IMG/VR virus record: IMGVR_UViG_3300042305_002088 | Coordinates: 39,279 to 103,278 of that record | Source of the DNA: a virus | Direction: 5' to 3' (one strand) | DNA length: 64,000 nucleotides | Shown: positions 1 through 9,553 of the stretch, one piece after another | Numbering within the stretch: the first letter of the stretch is position 1 | How the letters are laid out: the number at the start of each line of letters is the position of its first letter | Translations under genes and position numbers: made by a program | The notes under the pieces: model-generated | The model's input: only the letters and a program-made list of their open reading frames with translations | Told to the model about the DNA's origin: nothing | Databases searched by the model: none

Positions 1-1
1 C

Positions 2-847
2 GATATTGTTTTTAGAGAAGATATTCCTGACTTTAATCGTAACAAAGATGCGTTTGTAGCAGATGAAATTCGTAACTCTATTTTAGAAATTCTTGATATG
101 TGTGACGAGGTTACAGTTACCTGTGACTTTATGAAAGATTACTTTAACGAAAAAATGGGAGTAAAAAAGACTACTGTTATTCCAAACTATCTTACAAGAT
201 GGTGGTTTGACAGATATTACAACCTCGATAAGCTTGTTAAGAACTTTGAGAAGAATAAAAAGAAGCCTGTTGTATCTATTTTTGCCTCTGGTACCCACGT
301 CGACGTCACTAATCGTACAGGGCAAAAAGATGACTTTGAAATGGTTGTACCCGCTATTATTAAAGCTAGAAAAGATTTTAGGTGGAAGTTCTACGGGTGT
401 TATCCTCTACCTCTAAAGCCGTTTATTGACAGAGGTGAAATAGAATTCTGTGAATGGACACCACTTCCAGAGTTTCCAGGCGCTATGGCAGAGTCTGGTA
501 CTCAAGTAACCTTTGCTGCTCTTCAAGATAATAACTTCAATAGAGCTAAATCTAATATTAAACTCTTAGAAGCTGCTGCTTTGGGCATTCCTTGTATTTG
601 CCCAGATATGGTTACATATAAGGACGCTAAGCTCAAATATTCAAATCCTGCAGAATTTATTGACTGTATTAAAACTGCTACTAAGAACCAACATACCTAT
701 GCTGACTATTGTAAGAAAGCACGTGAGTATGCTGATGGCTTTTGGTTAGAAGATGAAAAGAACCTTATGAAACATCATGAGGCTTATTTCACACCTTACG
801 GTTCACCTGACCGCAAATATTTGCTTGAGACTAATCCTAAGTCATAA
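2..847 (+). CDS. Glycosyltransferase (GT-B/GT4-like), 5'-truncated by window edge
   Basis: Frame is open from nt 2 (DIVFREDIPDFN...), upstream of the annotated ATG at 98. GT-B-type motifs 'CDEVTVTC', 'VIPNY' and 'FNRAKSNIKLLEAAALGIPCI' (KS-x-K-x-x-E-A-x-A-x-G-x-P). Confidence 0.8.
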   Translation, partial: DIVFREDIPDFNRNKDAFVADEIRNSILEILDMCDEVTVTCDFMKDYFNEKMGVKKTTVIPNYLTRWWFDRYYNLDKLVKNFEKNKKKPVVSIFASGTHVDVTNRTGQKDDFEMVVPAIIKARKDFRWKFYGCYPLPLKPFIDRGEIEFCEWTPLPEFPGAMAESGTQVTFAALQDNNFNRAKSNIKLLEAAALGIPCICPDMVTYKDAKLKYSNPAEFIDCIKTATKNQHTYADYCKKAREYADGFWLEDEKNLMKHHEAYFTPYGSPDRKYLLETNPKS

Positions 848-853
848 TACAAT
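825..853 (+). promoter_or_regulatory. sigma70-like early/middle promoter for the DNA polymerase
   Basis: TTGAGA-17nt-TACAAT, 8 nt before the GTG start at 862. Confidence 0.55.
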
Positions 854-861
854 AGGTAGTA

Positions 862-3408
862 GTGTATAGGAACGCATCATATAACCCACGAGAAGGAACT
901 GTTTATCTTAGAACTTGGACTGAAGACGGTGTAAGAATTGATACTGAAGTTCCGTTTACTCCTTATCTCTTTACAGAAAGTAAAGATGCTAAGGATGCTA
1001 CTTCTATTTTCAAAACACCCCTAAAGAAGCATTATTTCAAGAATACCTTTGAGCGTACTAAATTTGTTCAAGAAACTAAGAATCCAAGATTATTCGGTAA
1101 TCTATCAGTGGATCAGCAGTTCTTAGTAGATAGATTCAAAGAGGAAGTTCATAAACCTGAGTTCAGTCAGTTCCCTCTCAAGGTTTACTTTATAGATATC
1201 GAAACATACTCACCAGGTGCGTTTCCTATTCCTAAGTATGCAAAAGACCCAGTCAATCTTATTACAGTATTAGATACACTTAGCGGTAAAATACACACTT
1301 GGGGTCTCAGAGAAGACTACAAACCAAAGCTTGATAACGTCACATACTATTGCTGTAAGACCGAAGGTGAGTTGTTTGAAAGATTTGTTAATTTTTGGAA
1401 GAAAGATCCTCCAGATATCTTAACTGGTTGGAACACCGAGCAGTTCGATATTCCCTATATCATTAATCGCGCTAAGAACTTACTCGGTGAAGACTTTATT
1501 CGTCAACTCTCACCCGTCGGTCAAGTTCATTACAGAGAAAATTTTGCCAAGTTTGGTAAAGAAATGGGTAGATGGTATATCTCCGGGGTTAGCTGTTTGG
1601 ACTACATGGAGATTTATAAAACTTATTCAAAGGGTGATAGAGAGTCGTTCTCTCTGAATTATATCTGTGAATATGAACTTGGTGAAGGTAAACTTGCTAT
1701 TAATGCTACTAACCTTTCATCTCTATCTGAAACTGACTGGGAAAACTTTGTAGATTATAACATTCAAGATGTTGATCTGCTTCGTAAACTTGAAGAGAAG
1801 CTTAACTATCTTAAGATTATTCGTCTCTTATCCTATAAAGGTTGTACCAACTTCGAAAGAGCTTTAGGTAAGGTATCGATTGTAACTGGTGCTATGACAC
1901 TTCAGGCACAGAAACAAGGCTACATTATTCCTACCTTTAAGAATGAGACAGAAAGAGAGTCCCTTGAAGGTGGCTATGTCCGTGATCCGGAAAGAGGCCT
2001 CAAAGAGGCTATCGTATCCTTTGACGTTAACTCTCTATACCCGAATACCATTATCACTCTTAATATTGGTTCTGAGACTAAACTTGGTAAAATTGTAACT
2101 GGGGATCCAGAATACGATAAAGAGGTTGAGATCAAGCTTGAGTCCGGAGGAATGTTTAAAGTAACTGTAGCTAAACTTAAGAAGTTTCTAAAAGACGAAA
2201 ACGTAGCTCTATCAAAGGCTGGTGTACTTTACTCTCAGAAATTTAAAGGTGTTTGCCCTAACTTGATTAATAGTATCTACGAAGAGCGAGTGTACGCTCG
2301 AAATGAGATGATTAAACTCAAGAAGACAAAACAAAAGGATAAAGAGACTGTTGGTAAGATTCAGTATTTTGATACTCTTCAATATACGTTAAAGATTCTT
2401 CTTAACTCCATCTACGGAACGTTTGCTAACAAGCATTCAGCGTTCATGGATATTGATAACGCCTCGTCTATTACTCTAACCGGTCAAGCAGTTGCTAAAG
2501 CTGGTGGAGCTATTGTAGATGCCTGGGCTAAAGAAAAGTTCGGTATTGATGAGTCACTTATTATTGCTGGTGACACCGACTCTCTTTATACCACAATTCA
2601 GCCTATTCTTAATAAGCTTAATTTACCCCTTGTAAAAGACGGTACTATTACCCAAGAGGCTCATAAGATTATTAATGCCATGGAAAAGCATCTCAATACT
2701 GAGATCATTAACTGGGCTAAAACCGATCTTAACTCTGCTGATCCTCGATTCGTCTTTAAACGAGAAGCTATTGCTGATGTAGGCTCCTTCTTAATGAAGA
2801 AACGCTATATTATTCATATCCTGGATGAAGAAGGTGTTCCTACTAATAAGTTCAAGTACGTAGGTGTTGAACTAGCTCGGTCAACAACCCCTAAGGAAGT
2901 TAAGGCTTTGATTAAGAAAACCATTGATACGGCCTTTCTATCAAAGGATGTTAAAAAGACTAACGAAGTGTTCCGAGAAGCTTATGACCACTTTAAAAAT
3001 TTAGATATAACCGAGGCTGCCTTTCGCAAAGCTGTTAAAGAGCTTGAGAAGTATTCAGGTGGCGCCTCACTTCATAAGTTTAACCTCGGTACACCCTGCC
3101 ACGTTAAAGCGGCATTAGCTTACAACTTCCTTCTCGAAAAAATGGGCATACAGACCAAATACGAACAGATTAATTCAGGGCAGAAGATCAAATATTTTTA
3201 TGCGATGAAAAACCCCTATGGCTTAGATGCCGTAGCGTTTGCAAGTGAGTATCCAAAAGAGTTTCATGAGATTAAAATCGATTACGATAAAATGTTTGGT
3301 AAGATTGTTGTACCACCAATTGAGGCTGTTTACGAGGCTATTGGATGGAGAATACCTGTGATCGGTAAAGAAGTACAAACTGATTTATTTGATTTATTTG
3401 GAGATTGA
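862..3408 (+). CDS. gp43: B-family DNA polymerase (T4 gp43-like)
   Basis: Exo I DIET, Exo II NTEQFDIPY, Exo III YNIQD. Pol motifs DVNSLYP, KILLNSIYG, IAGDTDS, KKRY. C-terminal clamp-binding-like QTDLFDLF. Confidence 0.97.
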   Translation: MYRNASYNPREGTVYLRTWTEDGVRIDTEVPFTPYLFTESKDAKDATSIFKTPLKKHYFKNTFERTKFVQETKNPRLFGNLSVDQQFLVDRFKEEVHKPEFSQFPLKVYFIDIETYSPGAFPIPKYAKDPVNLITVLDTLSGKIHTWGLREDYKPKLDNVTYYCCKTEGELFERFVNFWKKDPPDILTGWNTEQFDIPYIINRAKNLLGEDFIRQLSPVGQVHYRENFAKFGKEMGRWYISGVSCLDYMEIYKTYSKGDRESFSLNYICEYELGEGKLAINATNLSSLSETDWENFVDYNIQDVDLLRKLEEKLNYLKIIRLLSYKGCTNFERALGKVSIVTGAMTLQAQKQGYIIPTFKNETERESLEGGYVRDPERGLKEAIVSFDVNSLYPNTIITLNIGSETKLGKIVTGDPEYDKEVEIKLESGGMFKVTVAKLKKFLKDENVALSKAGVLYSQKFKGVCPNLINSIYEERVYARNEMIKLKKTKQKDKETVGKIQYFDTLQYTLKILLNSIYGTFANKHSAFMDIDNASSITLTGQAVAKAGGAIVDAWAKEKFGIDESLIIAGDTDSLYTTIQPILNKLNLPLVKDGTITQEAHKIINAMEKHLNTEIINWAKTDLNSADPRFVFKREAIADVGSFLMKKRYIIHILDEEGVPTNKFKYVGVELARSTTPKEVKALIKKTIDTAFLSKDVKKTNEVFREAYDHFKNLDITEAAFRKAVKELEKYSGGASLHKFNLGTPCHVKAALAYNFLLEKMGIQTKYEQINSGQKIKYFYAMKNPYGLDAVAFASEYPKEFHEIKIDYDKMFGKIVVPPIEAVYEAIGWRIPVIGKEVQTDLFDLFGD

Positions 3409-3423
3409 TTTATTATTACAACT

Positions 3424-4254
3424 ATGCTTATATCACACGAAACACCTGTATCGTTGCTTCCATACTCTTGGGGCTATAATGATTACTGCTATTGTTTAGT
3501 ACATCTATTGCCTGAGAATCAAAAATACAAAGACTTCTATTTTAAGTCTGTAGAATACGGACGCAGAGTACTTTTAGACAATTCTATTTTTGAGCTCGGT
3601 ACTGCTTTTGATCCTGAGCAGTTTGCTTATTGGGTTAAAGAGCTTAAGCCTTTTGAATATGTTATCCCTGATGTCTTAGAAGATACTACAGGTACTTGTA
3701 TGTCCATGGATAACTTCTTGTCCAAGTATTCCGATCTCCCTGGTCGTAAGATCGGTGTTGTTCAGGGCAAGACATATCAAGATATTGTTGACTGTTATCG
3801 TTTTGTAGCACCAAAGGTTGATAAAGTCGCCATTTCTTTTGATTACTCGTATTATCTAGAAAATTGCGATTGGTCTCAGATTAATGTTCCCGGTTTTGTT
3901 AAGAAGCAGGAAGATAACAAATGGCTAAAGTACGCTATTGGTAGAGTTAAACTACTGGATGACCTCTATGACGATGACGTTCTTGATGTAAATAAGCCAC
4001 ACCACCTACTTGGGGCATCATTACCTTGGGAGTTTGCTCTGTATGCAGATAATTACCTTAGTGAATATATTGAAACTATTGATACTTCAAATCCAATTGT
4101 CGCTGGTATTTTGGGGAAAAAGTACGAACCTGAATACGGTCTGTCAGAAAAATGGTCAGTGAAGCTTGTTGACTTTATTGATGCTGAATTGACCACCCAG
4201 CAAATTTACGATTCGTTCTGGAATATTACACAGTTTAGAAATCTATGCCGGTAG
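3424..4254 (+). CDS. dpdA: Divergent TGT-fold 7-deazaguanine transglycosylase (DpdA-like, probably DpdA3 type)
   Basis: TGT/DpdA-like motifs LLDNSIFE (cf. DSGGF), IPDV, GVVQG, HHLLG and IDTSNP. Clustered with queF, folE and a formyltransferase. Confidence 0.75.
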   Translation: MLISHETPVSLLPYSWGYNDYCYCLVHLLPENQKYKDFYFKSVEYGRRVLLDNSIFELGTAFDPEQFAYWVKELKPFEYVIPDVLEDTTGTCMSMDNFLSKYSDLPGRKIGVVQGKTYQDIVDCYRFVAPKVDKVAISFDYSYYLENCDWSQINVPGFVKKQEDNKWLKYAIGRVKLLDDLYDDDVLDVNKPHHLLGASLPWEFALYADNYLSEYIETIDTSNPIVAGILGKKYEPEYGLSEKWSVKLVDFIDAELTTQQIYDSFWNITQFRNLCR

Positions 4255-4793
4255 CACAGCCCTGGGTTACGTTCTTTAGTCAGACCGGTTCTGAGATTTA
4301 TAAAATATCTAAAAGAATTAATCGTGTTCCAGATGTTATTGTAACAAATAAAACTAAAGATAAAGTTTTAGAAATTAACGAAGATTTATTCTTTGAATAT
4401 GTAGATAAAATTGTTTGGTTACCTAAAAAACCTACTATAGAAGAATACAGACAAGTTATTCCTAAAGGCGCTTTTGTAACTCTTCATGGCTGGTTAAGAA
4501 TTATTCCTCCTGAGATTTGTCAAGAGTTTGAAATTTATAATTTACATCCTGCTCCAATCCATTTAGAAGGTTATGACAAATATAAAGGTAAAGACCCTCA
4601 AGTTAGAATCTTTGAAGATAAAGCTACATATTCCGGAAATGTTATTCATGAATGTATTGCCGAGCTTGATGCAGGAAAGATTCTAGCTCAAAATCAATTT
4701 GATGTTCGAGGTTTTGATCTTGATATGGTTTTTAAACTAACACATTCTAAAGCTACGGAACTTTGGTGTAGCTTTTTAGAAAATAGAATATAA
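4245..4793 (+). CDS. dpdN: PurN-like formyltransferase (DpdN-like, preQ1 N-formylation)
   Basis: GAR-transformylase motifs FSQTGS, LHGWLRII, NLHPA...KG, GNVIH...ELDAGKILAQ. Overlaps the dpdA stop, suggesting coupling. Confidence 0.75.
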   Translation: MPVAQPWVTFFSQTGSEIYKISKRINRVPDVIVTNKTKDKVLEINEDLFFEYVDKIVWLPKKPTIEEYRQVIPKGAFVTLHGWLRIIPPEICQEFEIYNLHPAPIHLEGYDKYKGKDPQVRIFEDKATYSGNVIHECIAELDAGKILAQNQFDVRGFDLDMVFKLTHSKATELWCSFLENRI

Positions 4794-4804
4794 TATAGAG
4801 AGTT

Positions 4805-5353
4805 ATGAGAGTTTCGTTTACAGGTGCGCAGAGTACTGGTAAGACTACATTACTGAATAAGTGTAAAGAAATCTACAAAGATTATAAATTTGTAGACGAG
4901 GTTACTCGTTATGTTCGTCGGACTTATGACGTTAAGATTAACGAAATTGGTGGTACTGAAACTCAGCTTTACATTTTAGCTGAACATATTAAGAACCATC
5001 TTAAACTAGATGAAAACTTGATGCTTGATCGTTGTATCTTAGATGGTTATGTTTATACAAAATATCAAGTGGAACAGGGTAAAGTAAAAGAAGATGTTTT
5101 ACGAGCTTTTAATGGAGTGTTTAATGCACTCTTTGATAGACTTGACTACGTCTTTTATACTGATCCGTCGGATGTAAAATTAGTAGATGACGGAGAACGT
5201 TCTGTCGATTTTAAATTTAGAGATGATATTATTGTACTTTTTGAAGATTTGATTACACATAAAATATCTCCTAAGAATAGAGAAAAGATTATCCGGCTTA
5301 AAGGCTCTGTCGAACAGAGAATGAAAACAATTGAAAAATATTTAAAACAATGA
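4805..5353 (+). CDS. P-loop nucleoside-monophosphate-kinase-like protein (AAA_28/thymidylate-kinase-like)
   Basis: N-terminal Walker A GAQSTGKTT, 'LDRCILD' kinase motif, 'DDGER'. ATGA overlap with queF. Confidence 0.75.
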   Translation: MRVSFTGAQSTGKTTLLNKCKEIYKDYKFVDEVTRYVRRTYDVKINEIGGTETQLYILAEHIKNHLKLDENLMLDRCILDGYVYTKYQVEQGKVKEDVLRAFNGVFNALFDRLDYVFYTDPSDVKLVDDGERSVDFKFRDDIIVLFEDLITHKISPKNREKIIRLKGSVEQRMKTIEKYLKQ

Positions 5354-6294
5354 ACACTAACTTAAACGACATCGCATCCAAGTCACTCGGTTCTTCAGCA
5401 TCTTACGCTGTTTATACTGACAGTCATGACGCTTCACTTCTCAACCCAATGCCTAGAAAGCTCGCCCGAGACGGCTGGAATATTAAAGGTACTGAGTTTG
5501 TAGGGTACGACACTTGGCATTGTCATGAATCTACTTTTCTTTTAAACAACGGAGCCCCTATCGCGGGTACTTTAAAATACACATATTCTTCTGACTCAGA
5601 GTTTATGGTAGAATCAAAGTCAGCTAAACTTTATCTTAATACATTTGATATGTGTAAGATGGGTCAGTCCGTTGATACAGCTATTCAAAATTACGAATTA
5701 CAGGTTAAGGCTGATCTTGAAAAAGCTTTAGAAACTTCAGTTGATGTTAAGTTTTTTAAATCTGGTGACGACGAGATGGGGTTATTTCCTATGACAGGTT
5801 ATCTCGATCTTCAAACCTTTTTAGGTAAAGATCTTGAAGAGTTAGAAATTAACGATTACAACGCTGAGAGTAATCACTTAGAGTTTGAAAAAGCTAATTT
5901 CTCAGGTTATGGTTATAGTGTTAACGAAAATAAAGCACTATTTGCAAACAAATACTTTACTAATGCACTAAGATCTCGTTGCCGTCATACGAAGCAAAAA
6001 GATACAGGAGCTGCTTACATCTCTATCAATTCCTTAGATTCAGTCATTAAACCAGCCTCCCTCTTTAAACAGATTATCTCTCTGAGAGAGGTTAATGAGT
6101 TTCATGAATTCTGTGCAGAAAAACTTTATACAGAAATTATGAAGTGCCCGGAGGTTGAATCCTGTTGTGTCACTTTACTTTATTCTAGGAGAGGCTCTTT
6201 AGATATTAATCCTACCCGAGCTACATCCTTCGATATGCTACCACCTGCACTGTACAATACAAAATACTACACTAAAAAGGCAATGGGGCAGTAG
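5350..6294 (+). CDS. queF: NADPH-dependent preQ0 reductase QueF (bimodular type)
   Basis: QueF motif VESKSAKLYLNTF, catalytic Cys/Asp region LRSRCRHTKQKD, FHEFCAE, YSRRGSLDINP. Confidence 0.93.
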   Translation: MNTNLNDIASKSLGSSASYAVYTDSHDASLLNPMPRKLARDGWNIKGTEFVGYDTWHCHESTFLLNNGAPIAGTLKYTYSSDSEFMVESKSAKLYLNTFDMCKMGQSVDTAIQNYELQVKADLEKALETSVDVKFFKSGDDEMGLFPMTGYLDLQTFLGKDLEELEINDYNAESNHLEFEKANFSGYGYSVNENKALFANKYFTNALRSRCRHTKQKDTGAAYISINSLDSVIKPASLFKQIISLREVNEFHEFCAEKLYTEIMKCPEVESCCVTLLYSRRGSLDINPTRATSFDMLPPALYNTKYYTKKAMGQ

Positions 6295-6329
6295 AACTTT
6301 AAAACTAACAAATATAAATTATATACATT

Positions 6330-6704
6330 ATGGCTAACACAGAAAATAAAATTGCAGTATTCTTCGACTCAGTCGGTAGAACAATCCTCGGAGAAAAATT
6401 AGAAGATAAAACAACTGATAAAGTTCTTTCAATTAAGAACCCAGCTGTTGTTCACATTATGCCTAATCAGCAAACAGGCCAACTTCAGCTTCAAATTCTT
6501 CCTTTGTTCTTTAAGGAGTTCTTAGCTGATAAAGATTCTGGTACTATTTGGAGCTACAATCGAGAAAACATCACTGAAGCTGTTGACGTAACCTTTGACT
6601 TTAAACTTGAAGCTCAATACCGTCAAATCTTTGCTTCAGGCCCAGCCCCTGCACCTCAGCAGCCACAAGGTTCACCAGAAGTTATTAAACTTTTTGACGA
6701 ATAG
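6330..6704 (+). CDS. Hypothetical protein
   Basis: Clean 124-aa ORF, beta-rich N-terminus, Pro/Gln tail. Confidence 0.65.
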   Translation: MANTENKIAVFFDSVGRTILGEKLEDKTTDKVLSIKNPAVVHIMPNQQTGQLQLQILPLFFKEFLADKDSGTIWSYNRENITEAVDVTFDFKLEAQYRQIFASGPAPAPQQPQGSPEVIKLFDE

Positions 6705-6708
6705 TAAG

Positions 6709-6736
6709 TTGCAATCCTCTAGGTTTCCTTCATCAT
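6709..6736 (+). promoter_or_regulatory. sigma70-like promoter for uvsX
   Basis: TTGCAA-16nt-CATCAT, 6 nt before ATG 6743. Confidence 0.45.
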
Positions 6737-6742
6737 TGAGGT

Positions 6743-7852
6743 ATGGCAAAAAAGACTAATAACCCTTTAGATAACCTCAAAGACATCTTTAAGTCTGTTG
6801 ATGATTTAAACCCTGATGCAGCAGTACTAGACGCTTCTACACTATCAACCGCTGAAGATTGGATTGATACAGGCTCATATGCCCTCAATGCAATTATTAG
6901 CGGTTCGATGTATAAAGGTATCCCGGTAGGTCGTATCACTGGGTTCTCCGGTCCTTCAATGGCTGGTAAGACTCTCATCATGAATAAGATTATGGCTAAT
7001 GCTCAGAAGAAAGGGTATATTGCTGTAATTTGGGATTCTGAGGTAGCTGTTGATAAGAAGGGTGCTGAAGCAGTTGGCATGGACCCAACCATGACAAAGT
7101 ACTACCCGGTTGAGACTATTGAGGATTGCCGTAATCAGATTTGTACGTTCCTAGATAACGTTATTAAGTCTGAAAATCCTGATCTGAAGTTTATTGTTTC
7201 AATTGACTCGTTGGGTAACTTAGCTTCTGCTAAAGAGATTAGAGATACAACCGCTGGTAAAGATGCCTCTGACGTCGGTCAAAGAGCTAAAGCTATCAAG
7301 TCGATGATGCGAGTCTTAACTTATAAGGCTGCAAAAGCACGCGTACCGATTCTCTTTTCCAATCACGTCTACGACTCAATGGAGATGTTCCCGACCTTGG
7401 TTAAAACCCAATCAGGTGGCAAGGGACCGATTTATCTTGCTTCTGTCCTTGTACAGCTTTCTACACGAAATGAAAAAGTATCTGACAACCCTAACGAACA
7501 GTCTATTGCTATCGCTCACAATATCAGTGGTGTCACTTTGGGCGCTCTTACTATTAAAAATCGATTCGTACCTAATTACCTTAAGACTGAATTGTACCTT
7601 AACTTCAAAACAGGTCTGGATAAGCATGCGGGTTTATTTGAAATTGCTGAGGCGTTTAGCGTCATTGAAAAGCCAGGCCGCACAGTAATGTTTAATGGGG
7701 AGTCTCTAGGTTATCGTAAAGACCTTGAAAAGAATTCAGAGTTCTGGGGCAAGATTATGCCTAAACTCGAAGAGGTTCTTCAAGACAAGCTTTGTTACGG
7801 TGGCGGTGAAACGTCAGTTGATATCGAAGAAGAAATTGATAATATTGATTGA
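6743..7852 (+). CDS. uvsX: RecA-like recombinase UvsX
   Basis: IDTGSYALNAIISG, Walker A GPSMAGKT, WDSE, IDSLGNL, SGGKGPIY. Confidence 0.95.
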   Translation: MAKKTNNPLDNLKDIFKSVDDLNPDAAVLDASTLSTAEDWIDTGSYALNAIISGSMYKGIPVGRITGFSGPSMAGKTLIMNKIMANAQKKGYIAVIWDSEVAVDKKGAEAVGMDPTMTKYYPVETIEDCRNQICTFLDNVIKSENPDLKFIVSIDSLGNLASAKEIRDTTAGKDASDVGQRAKAIKSMMRVLTYKAAKARVPILFSNHVYDSMEMFPTLVKTQSGGKGPIYLASVLVQLSTRNEKVSDNPNEQSIAIAHNISGVTLGALTIKNRFVPNYLKTELYLNFKTGLDKHAGLFEIAEAFSVIEKPGRTVMFNGESLGYRKDLEKNSEFWGKIMPKLEEVLQDKLCYGGGETSVDIEEEIDNID

Positions 7853-9207
7853 TGTCTTCTAAACTCGATCTTGATTATTACGAGAATATAATCCTCTTTA
7901 ACTCTCTCCTAAGTCAGGAGTATCTCTCGTCGATTATAGAGTATGCAGATCCTGCTTACTTTAATGACAGTAATATTAAAACTGTCTTTAAGGCTATAAC
8001 TTCATTCTTTAATGAAAGAGGTTTATGTCCTTCAGTTACAGAATTAAAAGCTCGTCTTACTACTGATGAAGAGAGAAAAGCTTTTAATGAAGTAGCAGTT
8101 AAGTTTAAAGAACTTGATACAAAGTTTAATAAAGAGGAGTTGCTCAATAATACAGAGCGCTTTCTTAAAGAGCGGTGCTTATATAAAACTATTGTTGATA
8201 CTGCTGAGAAGTACGCTCAAGGTAAAGCAGATCCTGCCGATACTTTAAGAGACTTTGAAAAAGCTTATAATATTACTTTAGCTGAAGACTTTGGTTCTTG
8301 GTATTTCGAAGACATTGATGAGCACATTAATGAATTAACTAAAATTTATAACCCACTACCTACTGGTTGGAACTTCTTAGATGAAAGATTAGAAGGTGGG
8401 TTATTCCCTAAAACTTTAACATGCCTTGTCGGGCAGGTCAATGTCGGTAAGAGTATCTTTTTAGGCAATTTAGCCACTAATATGGTTATGAAGGGTAAGA
8501 ATGTCTTACTCATTTCTCTTGAGATGTCTGAGTTCATGTATGCAAAGAGAATTAGTACTCAGCTAACTCAAATTCCTCATAACGACTTAAAGGTTTATAC
8601 AGATGAACTTAAGCAGCAGATTAGTCATCTTAAAAAGCAATTAGACTCTAGACTGATTATTAAAGAGTATGCACCTAAAACAATTACCGTACGTCACGTT
8701 GACGGGTATATTGGTAAATTAAAGCATAAAGGGTTTACTCCAGAGGTTGTAGTTATCGACTATATCAATCTTTTAAAACCAACTTCAAAGAATCTAAATT
8801 CTTATGCTGAAGTTAAAGAGATTGCTGAACAACTCCGTGCACTCTCCTTTAAATATAATATACCGTTTGTTACGGCATCTCAATTAAACCGTGGAGCATT
8901 TAACACAGCATCGCCCGGGATGGAGGGCATTTCTGAAAGTATTGGCCTTGCTGCCACTTGTGACGTTATTTGCTCTCTTTGGCAGGAAGAAGAAGACAAA
9001 GAACTCGGACTCATTCATTTGGGTATGCAAAAAAACCGATTCGGGGTTAACTACGGTCACTGTACCTTTAAAGTTAAGTACGAAACACTCACACTCACTG
9101 AAGTTAACCCAGACCATTTTGCCCAAGAAAATACTCAACAAGCTGTACAAGAAGCTGAAAACACTTTAGCAAAATTAACAGAAGATAAAAAAGATCCGGA
9201 AACTTGA
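7852..9207 (+). CDS. gp41: Replicative DnaB-like helicase (gp41)
   Basis: Walker A GQVNVGKS, ISLEMSE, VIDYINL, TASQLNR, SESIG, KNRFG. ATG overlaps the uvsX TGA. Confidence 0.95.
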   Translation: MSSKLDLDYYENIILFNSLLSQEYLSSIIEYADPAYFNDSNIKTVFKAITSFFNERGLCPSVTELKARLTTDEERKAFNEVAVKFKELDTKFNKEELLNNTERFLKERCLYKTIVDTAEKYAQGKADPADTLRDFEKAYNITLAEDFGSWYFEDIDEHINELTKIYNPLPTGWNFLDERLEGGLFPKTLTCLVGQVNVGKSIFLGNLATNMVMKGKNVLLISLEMSEFMYAKRISTQLTQIPHNDLKVYTDELKQQISHLKKQLDSRLIIKEYAPKTITVRHVDGYIGKLKHKGFTPEVVVIDYINLLKPTSKNLNSYAEVKEIAEQLRALSFKYNIPFVTASQLNRGAFNTASPGMEGISESIGLAATCDVICSLWQEEEDKELGLIHLGMQKNRFGVNYGHCTFKVKYETLTLTEVNPDHFAQENTQQAVQEAENTLAKLTEDKKDPET

Positions 9208-9244
9208 TTATTGGAGTAGTATGTAGTAAATACTCTACATACAA

Positions 9245-9553
9245 ATGTTTAACGAAAAAGTCCTCAATGATTTTAATTCTCGAACAAATCCATTAAATCA
9301 GATTTGTACAAAAGAGTATATTCTTGGGGTATTTAAATTTGGATCTTTTCTTTCTATCATTCATAATAAAAGACTAAACCCTGCTGCTATATTTGTATGT
9401 ATTTTAGAGAACAAAGAAATAAGAGACTTATTTGTAGAAGTTACTCATTCAGACAGTGTGCACGAAGCCTTACTTGGCCTGTTGCAATTATACCCCCCGC
9501 TATTAAAATCGAAAAATACCAAACGGTTGTTTAAGAAGTCGATAGCAAAGTGA
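9245..9553 (+). CDS. Hypothetical protein (at the gp33 position in the T4 order 33-59-32)
   Basis: 102-aa ORF. Function suggested by synteny only. Confidence 0.55.
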   Translation: MFNEKVLNDFNSRTNPLNQICTKEYILGVFKFGSFLSIIHNKRLNPAAIFVCILENKEIRDLFVEVTHSDSVHEALLGLLQLYPPLLKSKNTKRLFKKSIAK

